A DNA stretch of 64,000 nt from Sarea resinae (taxonomy: Eukaryota), in assembly GCA_026026165.1 (NCBI GenBank), contig JAPEUD010000012.1:372001-436000 (forward strand), read 5' to 3'. Every line of letters starts with the position of its first letter. Position 1 is the first letter of the stretch. Shown piece after piece: positions 50,041 to 62,278 of the stretch. The notes under the pieces are model-generated. The model had not been told where the DNA came from. It did not search any database and saw nothing but the letters and a program-made list of their open reading frames with translations. The translations under genes and the position numbers were made by a program.

Positions 50041-51278
50041 GCGGTTTGGTTGGGTGAGGGGGGGAAGGAGGGTGTAAGGATGAATGGATGTGAGGATGGA
50101 CAGATGGATGGGGTGGGAAAAGGGTTTTTGGGGAGCAGTGGTGCAAGTGAGAGCCGAGAGCCGGGGTGGTAGGTGATATGATCAGTCTTTGGAGGTAAGA
50201 AGCCAGGGGCCCCACAGCTCCGCTCAGCTCAGCAAGGGCAAAGGCAGACGACGACGATGACGGCGATGACGACGATGATGATGATGATGACGACGGCCTT
50301 GGAGCTCGAAGGAGAAGAGGGTGAAAGATGACAAAGACGAAAGGATCGATCAAGGCAGTGTCTGAATACCACCGTAGAGAAAAAGGAAAAGAAGAGAGAA
50401 TCTTGTGCGAGTTTGTAAGTAAGCAAGTGAGCAGGAATAAAAAGAAAATAAAGAGTGTAACAACCCGAGAGCCTTCTTGGAGACAACGTCGGACTAGGGC
50501 AAGGATTGAAGTGGCTGGTTGAAGGTCTGAAGCAGCAGGGGAGAAAGGAAAGGGCAAAAGAAAGACAGAGACAAAGACAGGGGGACTTGACTGACGGCCA
50601 TCAATCATATCGTCACTCACCCCCCTCCCCGCGGCAGATCTGGTCTGATCTGACCAATTCTCGCTACCATCACAAGATACTACGTAGCGGCGCAATGTAT
50701 TTCGAGAGATAATGGCTAGTCGTGCAATCCACCTGCTCATGCTCATCAATGTTATTTCGGAAGCTTCTCACAACTCGACTCGATTTCCATTTGCAATAGA
50801 TCACAGAGATACCGCCGCTCTTGGAATGGCGAGCAAGTATACGGACGACAAATGAGAAAGGGGGCCAAGCCAAGCCAAGCCACTCGCTGCAGCCGGCGCC
50901 CATACATGCGACTAGTAAGTACAATTATACGCCAATGCCGGCTCTCCTTTTCAGACGCGCGGCACCATCATTTTCGAATAAACAATACACAAGGAAAGCC
51001 AGTAGTTGAGTCTGCCTGTAGCGATGGTGGGGAAACGTGGGAAAAAACAAATGAGTCGTACATGAATAGTACATTGAGCAGCGCCAGAAGAAGTGAACTC
51101 TGACAGACGGAATTGCAAATGCTCAAACGCCGCGCCGTTGCCGCCCTCCCATCCGTCTTCCGATTAGCATTACAAGTGTCGTGGGAGTGAGTACGGTAGG
51201 TTGGTTGTTGAGCGTTGCGAGGAGAGAGCAGAAGAAAGAGTAAGTGAGCAATGAACGAGTGACTGCACAATCAAACTT

Positions 51279-54200
51279 TTAGAACCCCTTGAAGGGATCT
51301 TCGGATCGGAACATGGGGTCCTCGGCCTCCCAATCGGTCTTGTACGGATCGGAATTCCAAAACGCCTCGTTGCGCTTCCTCAGCTGCCCGCGTCGGTAAT
51401 TGTTTGATCCCGAAACGAGATCGTCACGACCACCACCTCCACCACCACCACCACTATGATGGAACCGTGTTGTACGCTCGACAAAAGCCTCCATGCGTAC
51501 CGTGCCAACCGCATCAAAGAAATTGGCGCTGGGCGCGGCGCTTGCTTCAGATGTTCTGGTGCTGTAGCTGTTTCGGCCACTATTGACGACCGATGTTGGT
51601 GGATACATGTCCGAGTTCGTTGTTGTTGTCTTGATGCTATAATTGGACGGTAAAGGAGCTTGGTGGGAGAAGTTCCTGAATGCACCGGGAGGGGGAAGAC
51701 GAGGACCTGTGTTGCTTCGTTTTCGGCCGTGACTGGAGAAGCGGGGGACATTTGGAGGATCTGCAGCATCAGGAATAGGTTCATCGTAACCATACGACAT
51801 TTCAGTATCCTGTAACGGAATCGGTTCGTGGCGAGCGGCTGGCAGTGGACGAGCTTTGCCTTTGGCGACGCGAATGGAGTCGCGTATAGGGTTGCGCCGT
51901 AAAGAGGGCGTCGGCTTGACTGGTGGTTCATATTCTTGTGTGGGAATGGGGGGAAGAGAAGCAAGATCAGGAGGGTTATCGCCTGTGTGACTCAGGAAGG
52001 ATAACGCAGTGAGCCAGACGTAATGGCGTTCTCGAGACGTGGCGGTAAATTTGAGCGCGCGAGCTGGAGTGAGAATCAATATGGATCTATTGAAGGCGGT
52101 GCCACCGGCGCCCTTGGGAAATGGTGTATCGTCCTTGACATCGAGCACAGATTGAATGACCACTATGATGAATTAGCAAGTCTTCAATGAAATGAACAAT
52201 GCCTCAAACTTACACTTCCGTCCACTCTTACCCAACAAAGCGGACCCTGAAGTGGGTTGCTTGCTACTCCACATCACAGCACGCTCATACGGTGCTAGCC
52301 ATACCCAACGCTTATGCCGAAGGCCATTTCCGGAGATGCTTGTAGAGATCTCTTCACCTTTACCTTCCCATCCGGCCTGCGGAGACTCGGCGACTCCAAA
52401 GGATTTCCTTCTACGGACGTACTTCCACATCCATTCTCCAACCATAGTCTGAGCGATAGCTTCCACAACGCTAGTCTGTGGGCCCGAGCTACCGACGGAA
52501 GCATTGCCAGTATTTGAAGTGTTCGTGGAAGGCTGTCGACTTCTGTGACCCAAGCGGTGTATACCCCTCGGATATCGTGGCGATGTCACTTCGTCCACCG
52601 GCATAGGGGGAAGCTGAGGACTATCCGGAGCAGCGGAAGAGGCCGACAAAGGAGGTGGTGACCTGCTTCGCTGGCGATCCTGACCCCCATCTCTGGGAAT
52701 CGCAGCAGCTGAACGAACTTTCCGAAGACTATTCTTCCTGGTTGAAGACTTTCCGGCGTCTCGCTTTCGCAGTCCCGAAAACATGCTCCCACTTTGTGGA
52801 GTCGGACTTCTCTTACCGTCGCTCGAACTGAGTGGTATTCTCCTCGAACTAGACCTCGTTGGTACCGGAAATGGAGGCATTGGCTCTTTGACACTCGGAC
52901 CTTTCGAGCCAATGCTGCCCAAACTTGGACTTCTTGCTCGCTGGGAGTGGGCAGCAGCGCCACTTGAAATCAAAGCGGAACGACGGATGCTTGGTTGCTT
53001 GACGACGGCTGACTTCATGGGCTTCTCGAAAGGTCGGGACTTGAAGGTTTTTTCCATCGAACCGCGCGGCCCAGACGTCTGTGCATTGATTGGCGATGTA
53101 TCGCGGCTATGGCCGTTCACGGGTTGCGGGTTGAATAACTCATCGTGATCCATAGACTCCCTACCTTCTGGAACTGGTGTGGGGGGATCAATTGGCAGCT
53201 TTCCATGTTTCTGAGCCAGCTTGTTCCGAGGCTTTGGAGCTGAAAGAGCAGTTTGATACTCGCTGTCGCTTCCATCAAGCTCCGCAAATTCGTCCCCCTC
53301 GTCGGAGCTTGGGGCGTCAAACCCGGCAAATAAGCTACTTGACCGAAATGGGCGTCGCGGACCGGCAGACTTTTCGCGGCCCAATGGCCCGTTATCATTG
53401 TTGCCGGGATAAGCATCCTCTGTTTCGAACCTCGTCGGTGGAGACCTTGTTGGTGGGGATCTCGTCGGTGGAGAAGAGGGCGGCCCCATAGAACGCTGGG
53501 AGGTGAAGCTCCTCTTCGTGCTTTTAGGTGGGAGGTGACCAGGTACAGGAGTAAAACCTCGTCCAGCAACCCTTTCTTCCGGTTCAGGAGTCGCAGGGCG
53601 GGATGAAATGGCGGAAGGAAGAAGGTGTGGCGGCAATTTAGCATAGCGATTCTCCGTGCGGGGCTCATCTGTCTGGACAGACGCAGACTTCGATTCGTAG
53701 AAAGACGGTATCGAGACTTGACAGCTAGCATTCTTGAATTGAGGAGGCAGAATACTCTCCTTTGGTGTCGATGGTTCTGAACGGGGGGGATGGATGGTGA
53801 TGAATGGAATGGGAATAGGTGCCGGTGGAGGCGCACGTGTAAACGTTGTAATTTGCTGGGGTGGTTCAGCAGGCTCCGTCTGTGTCGAAACGGAAACTGT
53901 CTCCGGGGCTACTGGTTCAGGAGCTGGAGGCGGCGGTGGCGGAGCCCGAGTTGGAGAGATTGGAGATTTGGGAGGAGTAGGGGGCTCTTCGACCGTCTGC
54001 ATGGATGCCGAGACCATGATAGGCGCCAGAGCGAGGGCTGCTGCCGGCTTCTCATGGACAGATGACAATGGCGGACTGATGGATACCCTCTTTCGCCGTT
54101 GGTTCGCTTCGTTGTCCGTTGGAGATGTGGCCCTTTCCTCGAGCTTTGGCACTGATGGTGGTGGCTCCTTCGGGGAAGGTGGTGGGGAAAATTGAGTTGC

Positions 54201-55409
54201 TGAATCGACATACTGCACCTTGACTTCCTGAGGTTTTGCTTCATGCACTAGCAGAGCTTCTGGCGACTCCTCCTTCGTCGTGGGCAAAATACTATCTTGC
54301 TGGGCGGCGCTGGCAAGCTCAGTCGCCAACCCCAGTATCCTTTTCGCTTTACGGTCCGAAGTGAATGAATGCCGCGAAGAGGCTACACTTCTGACGTCGT
54401 CCTCATGGTCTTCCTCTTCCTCAACCTCGGTTTCTTCCATGTTATCCTCATCTTCCTCATCGAACTTGAGTTCGTCCGCCAGGCTTAGTCCATTGAGTTT
54501 GCTGGCGACGCTGAAACCGCTCAGCACAGAGAATCGGGGATTGTGACCTTCGCTGTCGCGTGATTGGAAGCTCATGGAACTCATACGGCCCTGAGCACTG
54601 GCAGAGCGAACGCTCGTCGTGTCACTTCCATAGCCGATCCCGATATCTTTGTTGCCATCCTCGGCTTCGCTATCGCTGGTGATACGGACCTCTTGAGCTT
54701 GCGCGGCAACCTCTCGGGCGGCCACCTCTTCCACAACGGCCTTCAAACGACCCTCGACAATATGAAGTTTCCTCTCCAACATCCGCTTATCTCCATCCCA
54801 TGTCTCCTTATCCCTCGCCCATAGATCATGGACCCGGTCTGCTTCTTCTTCCTGGGACCGGACCTTCCGCTGAGAAGATTCAAGCCTCCTCTTGTATTCA
54901 GCAATGTTCTCATTAGCCTCATCTCGCTCCTTCATAAGCTCGCCAAATGCCGACGACGAACCTCCTTCAAGAAGGTCTAATTGGCGTTTGAGTGAACGTG
55001 ACTCTTTGGTAGAATTGGATACAGTATTATGAAGGTGCTCGTTTTCTGCCTTGGTGCTATGCAGAGACGTCTCCAGATTCTCAATGAAGCCATTCTTCTG
55101 TTCCAGATCCCGCCGGAGAGATAGTATCTCGGATACTAGTGATGCATGAAGTGTGGGTGTGAACCTTCTAGGGTCGAGAATGGAGATGCTTTCGTCATTG
55201 GCGGCATCTGTTGATTCATTACGCTTGTGACCGTTGGTCGTTCCATCCGGTGGCATTGGGGGTGGAGACGATGATGGGCCAGGCGAAGGTGTCCCATATC
55301 GCGATGAACGCCGCGAGAGTGTCCTTGGCGTACGGTATGGTGTATCGTTTGGTGTAGGCAGCGCCTGTGCCGCATAGGCATAATCATCCTCGATGTCCGT
55401 CGCCATCAT
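51279..55409 (-). CDS. Num1/ApsA/Mcp5-type PH-domain cortical protein with N-terminal coiled coil, ~1359 aa; exons 55409-52214, 52162-51279
   Basis: AIAQTMVGEWMWKYVRRR, RHKRWVWLAPYERAVMWS and ILILTPARALKFTA..RHYVWLTAL (Mcp5-type PH domain). Intron 52163-52213. Confidence 0.88.
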
Positions 55410-56870
55410 GCAATCCTCTGACGCCCTCGGGTCGATCCTGCGAACCAATTGCTGACTATGCAATCATATTAGATCTGAAGTCAATCGATCTTCTTCCGCA
55501 TGTATGTTGTTCTATCGACAAGACGAATTCCCGCAGTACTGCGAAGGGTATAGGGTATCCCGACAAAATGAGGGTGCAATAACGCCGATCAGGGTATCAG
55601 AACAAGTTTGCTTCAATACTGCGTAAGATATCTATGATGGACTCGAGTTAGGAAAGAATTCAATGATAAGAACAAGATCAATGCATCAGTCAAAGTACTT
55701 ACTTTAACAACGCTCATGCAGATCAGCCAAATGCACACCGACACCGAGAGTAGACAGAGAACTATCAGCAGAAACGATCAGTACACCATCCACGCGGCAA
55801 GCAGAATACTTGAGCTCACATTAGTGAGCCTGTAAGGACTGAACGCTCCGTGACCGTCGTATACAATGGATTATCCATACGTAGTTGGCTGTAGGTCAAG
55901 CTGTCTCGACTTGGACCATCTCGAATCCCGCCGTCACCCTCACAGTCGAATTAGCAATTAGGATCTCGTGGAGAGAGCAGCGTAAGGCAGAGACTCCACA
56001 CAAGATGGTGGAGTGCAGACTGGATGCGCGGAAGGCGATTGACTATGAACGAGACAGTGGTCGTATGATGGAGATCCTCAGGGACCTTCTGCTGGGGGGC
56101 ACGATTCAGCGATCGGGACGGAGCTGGTGCGAGGGTTTGGCGCAACGACGAGAAGACACAATTGCTGGACCCGTTGGAAGTGCTAGTGTCGGGACCTAGG
56201 ACTCACCAGAAGATCAATGGAAGAGGAACTCCACGAACTCCGTCGATTGGAACCCCAGAAAGATCTCAGACCATAAGTGGCTAAGTATACGCAGTAGCTC
56301 TGGAAGATAGACGAACGAACGGTGGATCCGGACAAGTTTACATATCGAGAAGAAGGAGCGACGCCCGCGAGCAGACAAGATACAATACAGTGGAGTAAGT
56401 CAGGTAAGGTTGAGCAGAGCATCAGGGCAGAAGAGGGACAAGGTTGAGGGAGTGTGATTCAACCGTCACACAGGCACAGGCACAAGCACAAGAGATAGGG
56501 TCGAATATCATCAACATGCGCAGGCGGGACTCGACCGGTGGCCGTGGCACGTTTCCCTCGACCGGGAAGGTTCAGGGAGACGAGCGGGATGGGGCGTGAT
56601 GGCAAGCGAGCGAACCGGCGGACGAGACTGGCCTTGGGGGGGAGGATACTGTAGTAGATGGTTCTAAAAGTCCGGAACGGGAAGAAGAGCGACGGCGGAG
56701 GGGAAAAGAAGCATAGCGTCTGGATAATACTCGTAGCGTGCTGGATTGCGGAACTGCTGAGCACACCTTCGACCACCGTTACTCGCGACCAGGGCGTCTT
56801 CACAGTAGGGCAAACTTTAACAGGGCGAGGCAGACAGACAGACTGGACAGGACAGGACAGGGCAAGAGCT

Positions 56871-56915
56871 AGGACAAGCACAAGGACAAGCACAGGGACA
56901 AGCACCAGGACAAGG
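56871..56915. repeat. 12-bp tandem repeat (AGGACAAGCACA-like), about 4 copies
   Basis: aggacaagcaca-aggacaagcaca-gggacaagcacc-aggacaagg read directly. Confidence 0.8.
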
Positions 56916-59371
56916 TAAAAGGGAGCTAAACGACGATGACGGCTCATCATCAGTCGAATACCGAGACAGAGATGCTGAACGGGAGAGACGAAAGACGGGA
57001 CGGGCATAGTATCAGGAGCCGGGCAAGCAAGCAATGACCAGACCTGTAGCAGTGGAGTAGCACCGTACACACGGTACGAGAGAGGAGATACTGCACTGCC
57101 AGGCCCGCGGGGGCACCAGGACATGGGCGGACCTGGCCATCTTTCTAACGCGTCTACGACCAAGTGTCAATCGATGCAAGTAGCCATCGATAGAGGGCAG
57201 ATAAACGCTCCAGAGCAAATGAAAGGACGTCGTCGGATGCTGGTGCGATGGAAGTAGAGAAGGCTATCTCAACGGGTAGATGCATTATCATACGCCGTGT
57301 AAGGTACTTTTGTTACTGCACCCCCGTTACTCTACTCTACCGGAGTAGAGCACCGCGTGGAGCACCTCGTACTTCATATTATCCTATCAGTAAAGCAAGC
57401 ATCTTCTATGTAATACCTCTTCCCAATCACAGTCATCGCCCATCGCCCATCGCCCAGCACCGTCAGCATCACAAATCAGGGGTCGCAGTTGAAAAGAATT
57501 CATTTGGGGAAAACGAGCGGATGGATGAAAAGGGCAAGATTTCAGGGGCAAGATTGGCGTTGCTACTAACTACGCGGTTCGAAATTCGGGGAATCCGCCT
57601 CTCTCCCTAACCCAAAACGCGCGAGGCGTCGGTGACGGCGCCGGGGACCTGGGAAGAACCGCGCCGCGCTGCTCTCGTCTAGGGATTCTTCTGGCTATCC
57701 TAGACCTATTTCTCGTGAGAGCACGCCGCGGGGGGTTCGAGAAGACAACTTATCAATTTCAAATTAGCGGCCATGTTATTTGCTGATTGGTGCTCGTACT
57801 GTGTGGTGGGACCGACCGAGGTACCTCCCTCCTTGAACAAGCTCCTTCAGGAGTAGGTAGTAACACGGAATGATTCGACGTGGTGACTGATTGATGCCTT
57901 TCTCGACCGTCATAGCCGTTCACTAATTACAACCCTACACATGGCAATCGGCGAGATCGACTGGCCGAAGACGGACGGCATGATCGAGATACAATGAAGC
58001 CAATACTCTATCTGCATCTGCATACCCAGTCAATCCCAATCGGCCACTGACTTGGAGATGCAGGTGAAGCTACGACGTAGATACCGCTGTGCATAGATAT
58101 TCTTTACATGCCGAGGGGCCATGGTGCAGCTTCGTACGACCCGCAGTCCCAAAGAGGCACGACCGCCGTCCTCCACTCATGAAAGTACGAGGGAAAGGGT
58201 CAGTTGTTTCCCAGGAGTCAGGCACCGGCGTTGGCGATGATACAAACGGTTTCGTTCCGGCATCGCTTAGGTGATGCTGGACGAGCTCCGATGTGCCTGG
58301 AGCTGCAGCGTGCGTGCAGGTGGAGGCGGAACGTGCAGTAGTACCAGAACAAATGCACCCAAGGCTTCCCAGGAACATCGACGGTCAAGTCTATGAAAAG
58401 GAGAGACCACAGGGTGATCCGAGTATTGAGGGAATTCAATTCTTGATGTCAAGGAATCGATGACAGAGCAGCACTACTGCAGTAGGTGAGATGGCCAGTC
58501 AGGTTGATGCAACGCCGATCCATGGAGTGCAGACTGCAGCTGATGCACGGTTGACCGGCGTCGAAGCCGTGTCGATTAGAGTAAGGAGTACGAGTACCCG
58601 ACAGTACTATGAGTACCTACTTCATACTTACCTTACCTTGTTCTACCACGTCGGGAGGTTAGGTATGTACTGTACGGAGTAAGTACGCAGTAAGAAGACA
58701 GTCTGAAATCCTCGGTACCTGAATGCATTTGCTTGGCACTGAAAGTCAGTGACGGGACGCTTGAAGATTGATCACGGGACATGACACAACATGCCTGACC
58801 CGTTCGTCCTCGCAATCCAGAGGCAATTGAAGCCACGATGATGCATCCAGTATCAGTATATCCATGAAATTCATGATATTCAGGACATTCTCCGATATCA
58901 ATTGGTGTTCTGACCACACATTCCCCTTCCAACATGGCCGACGGGTCCGATTCAGGAGATGCGGGAGGAATGACGGTAACGATGACGGAAGACGAGAGTT
59001 GGGAAAGGCCCACGGTAGTCTCGGCCCGCGGGGTTGACAGTGGCACCTGCCATCTGGAAACAATAAACATCATCAATCATCATCACATCGTGCCTGCCGT
59101 CAGTGCCACCATGAGTAGTAATCCAACCCCCCTCATCCATATTGCAACCCACTGCGTGCAGCTTTTCCCGTACAACCAAGCCGCTTTTCCAGACATTGCT
59201 TGCACATCTGGACAGCTCACGTCGCATCCGCTGTCAATATCAGCACCGTCGTACAGATACTGTAGAGACAGCAGCCATCTAATCCGTCTGAATTGTGCCA
59301 AGCATCATCAGCATTGCATTATCCAACATTAGACCGCCACGCCATCCCCAGCACCTTGCGCAATAGCAGAC

Positions 59372-60196
59372 ATGTCTCTTCCAATAACACCTCCGGCGCC
59401 GCAACTGCCCCCGCGCGCCATCCTCTTCGACGTCTTCGGCACAGTCGTCGACTGGCGCACCACCGTTACACGCACGCTCACAGAGACATGCGCACATTCG
59501 CTCTCGAATCCGGCCTCGTCCCTGGCGTCAGCCACCCGTGTACGCGCCTCTGATCTGACCATCGAGGACTGGGGCCGCTTCGCCCAGCAGTGGCGAAACA
59601 CTTACAAACACTTCACCAAAACCACGGACCCGAAGACAACCTTCATCAGCGTGGACGAGCACCACCATCTCGCTCTCCAACAACTGCTCCGAGAGTGGAA
59701 GCTCGACGGCCTCTATAACCCAGAGGAACTCGCGAAGTTGAGCCGTGTATGGCACTTCCTTGACCCTTGGCCAGACAGTTCGCGCGGCATCGCCGAGCTC
59801 AACAAACAAGGCTATACGACCGCAACCCTCTCAAACGGCAACATCTCGCTCCTGAGTGATCTCGCTGCCCACGCTGAACTCCCATTCACCCACATCTTCA
59901 GCAGCGAGCACTTCCGCGCCTACAAGCCCCACCCAGAGGTCTACAAAGGTGCTGCTGAGCGGCTGGGTCTCAAGCCCGAGGAGTGCGTCTTAGTGGCCGC
60001 GCATTTGGGAGATCTGAAAGCCGCGAGGTGCTGTGGGTTCCGCACTGTATATGTGGAGAGATACCAGGAAGAGGACTGGACACCAGATGAAGTTGAAAGG
60101 GCGAAAGCTTGGGGATGGGTAGATATTTGGGTCGGAATGGACGATCCGGGATTGTTGGAAGTTGTGAGGGAGATCGGAAAGTTGACAAGGGACTAA
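59372..60196 (+). CDS. Haloacid dehalogenase type II (HAD superfamily), 274 aa
   Basis: Motif I FDVFGTVVDW, WHFLDPWPDS, TLSNGN, YKPHPEVY and LVAAHLGDL. Confidence 0.93.
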   Translation: MSLPITPPAPQLPPRAILFDVFGTVVDWRTTVTRTLTETCAHSLSNPASSLASATRVRASDLTIEDWGRFAQQWRNTYKHFTKTTDPKTTFISVDEHHHLALQQLLREWKLDGLYNPEELAKLSRVWHFLDPWPDSSRGIAELNKQGYTTATLSNGNISLLSDLAAHAELPFTHIFSSEHFRAYKPHPEVYKGAAERLGLKPEECVLVAAHLGDLKAARCCGFRTVYVERYQEEDWTPDEVERAKAWGWVDIWVGMDDPGLLEVVREIGKLTRD

Positions 60197-61151
60197 ATGA
60201 AAGAGTTGCCGGCCATTTTCGTTCCGAAGGTTCGGCCATGAGGAACAGGCGGCATCACATATCATCATCCAGCAACGAAAAACACCACACACACACAATG
60301 AGTCTCAGGAACGAATCGCCAGCACAGCGCAACAGCGGCATTACCGTCCTTACCCAGAACGACGAATTCACGCTCACGACTTCACGAGCCACGCACGCAT
60401 AGGACAGGAGAGAAACATGCATGTCTAGGGAGTCACTTGGTCGGGCTGTAGGAGTTTTGTGAGTCAATTCATTCATTCATTCATCCAGTTCACAGTCTAG
60501 ATATCCAAATCCCAGCTTCTAGATTTCCAAAATTTCAGACAGACAGAACTCCAACATGCCGTGCTACATCGCGATCCAGATCCAGATCGCCATCCGAATC
60601 CACCTTTCCATTTCCATCTCCCATCTTCACCACTGTATCCCTGACACCACCTCGGCGTCTCGACAACGATCGTGCCCCACCCTTCCGGCCTCGACATCTC
60701 AACAGATCAACTCGCATCCCTTCCCCATTCCGCCTGCATTTCCTTCCACCGACTCCCAACCCCTTCCTCCATACTACCATCCCCTAAATCTCAAACTCGG
60801 ATCTTTGAAACAGGATATCTCTCTATATCAGTCATACCTGTGCGTGTGAAGAGCGATCCAAGAAATCTCAACCGAGCAAACTCTTCGAAATGGCAGGGTG
60901 TGTACGGGTGCTGCATTTGCTCTTCACGGAAAGGGAGAGGGTCATGAATAGGTGGATTGGGGTCAACGTGACTGCTATACTGACGAGGGAGGGGTAAGGG
61001 CGAAGCAAGATTTCAGAAGTATCAGGAAGAGGGATGACCAGATCATCATTGATTGAGACTGCACTCATACTATTGATTCAGATTCACATTTCTCGTCGGG
61101 AACTATACATCCACAGTGACTAGCCAGCTATACAGTCATTGGACAGTATCA

Positions 61152-62278
61152 TTATAGAGGCATGATATCTGGGACCGGTCCCACCGGGATGATGGTCTGC
61201 TTCGAGGCGAGTGTGTAACTTGTCCTGATCTGGATTTCCGGCCGGGCGGTCATATCAGGTCCCACGTCCAAAAGGCTCACGTAGAGAGGAAGAGAGGACT
61301 CACATCCTTGAAGTTCGTCGTCTTTTTGAACGCGCCTCCATTTGTCCTGGCGCTCTCGTCCCAGTACAAGGTCCGAAGCCATCGATGCAAATGAGGGTAA
61401 TCGTGGCGTATCATGCGCAAGTTACACTTGAAGAGAGTGTAATACGCGGCATCGAAGCGCACCATCGACGTAAACAAGCGGACGTCGGCCTCGGTGATGT
61501 TCGCGCCTAATAGATACGGTCCTTCGTGTTGAGTATCGGCGAGGTGCTCCTCTAGCCTGTCAAAAGACTCAAAGAGAGCGTAGAGCGCGGCTTCATACTC
61601 TGCCTGCGTAGAGGCGAAACCAGCCTTATAGACACCGCTGTTAATGGTGTCGTAGACCCACGCGTTCATCTCGTCGATTTTGCCCCTGAGATGCTCTGGG
61701 TACAGCCCACCCCCGGGCTGATTGACCTCCCTCTTTTCCTCGGGAAGAAAGTCATCGAACTCGCCATAGAGCATACGGATGATCTCACTACTCTCATTGT
61801 TGACAATGGTCTCGCATTGCTTGTCCCACAATACCGGTACCGAATATCGAGCCTTGTAATCTGGATCCGCCTTATGATACAGGTCTTTCAGATGCGTGAA
61901 GCCGTAAATCGGATCGATGGGATCCGTGCCGTTCTCGCCCGTGAACTTCCAGCCCTCGGGCTGTTTCAGGCGGGGATCGACGACTACGAGCTGAATGGCC
62001 GATTCGAGCCCCTTGAGTGAACGTACGATGTTGGCGCGAGACGCCCAAGGACAGCCGCGCGCGATGTAAAGGACGTAGCGGCCTTTTGCCGGAGGAAAAA
62101 TGGCGCCAGGAAGACGGGAGATAGTGGAGCGGAATGCTGTCGGTGGGTGGAGGAAACCAAGGCCCGGTCCGACCTTGGGGTGGGAGTCTTGGCTCTAGAT
62201 TGCGGGATATCAGCTTGAACTGTGGGATGGAGAGGAGGGAGGGAGGAAGGTGGTAATGACTGTGTCTTCTCCTGCCAT
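61152..62278 (-). CDS. Glutathione transferase of the Ecm4/glutathionyl-hydroquinone reductase type, ~328 aa; exons 62278-62261 (tentative), 62194-61304, 61229-61152
   Basis: RYVLYIARGCPWASR, YSVPVLWDK..TIVNNESSEIIR, INSGVYKAGFA, TEADVRLF..RFD and IIPVGP. Intron 61230-61303 is canonical; the first donor (GTCATT) is weak. Confidence 0.92.

Noticed and set aside
49982..50749. 255-aa minus-strand ORF with hydrophobic stretches and poly-Ser
   Set aside because: It derives from purine-rich and (GAT/GAC)n repeats in the convergent 3' spacer and has no family motif.
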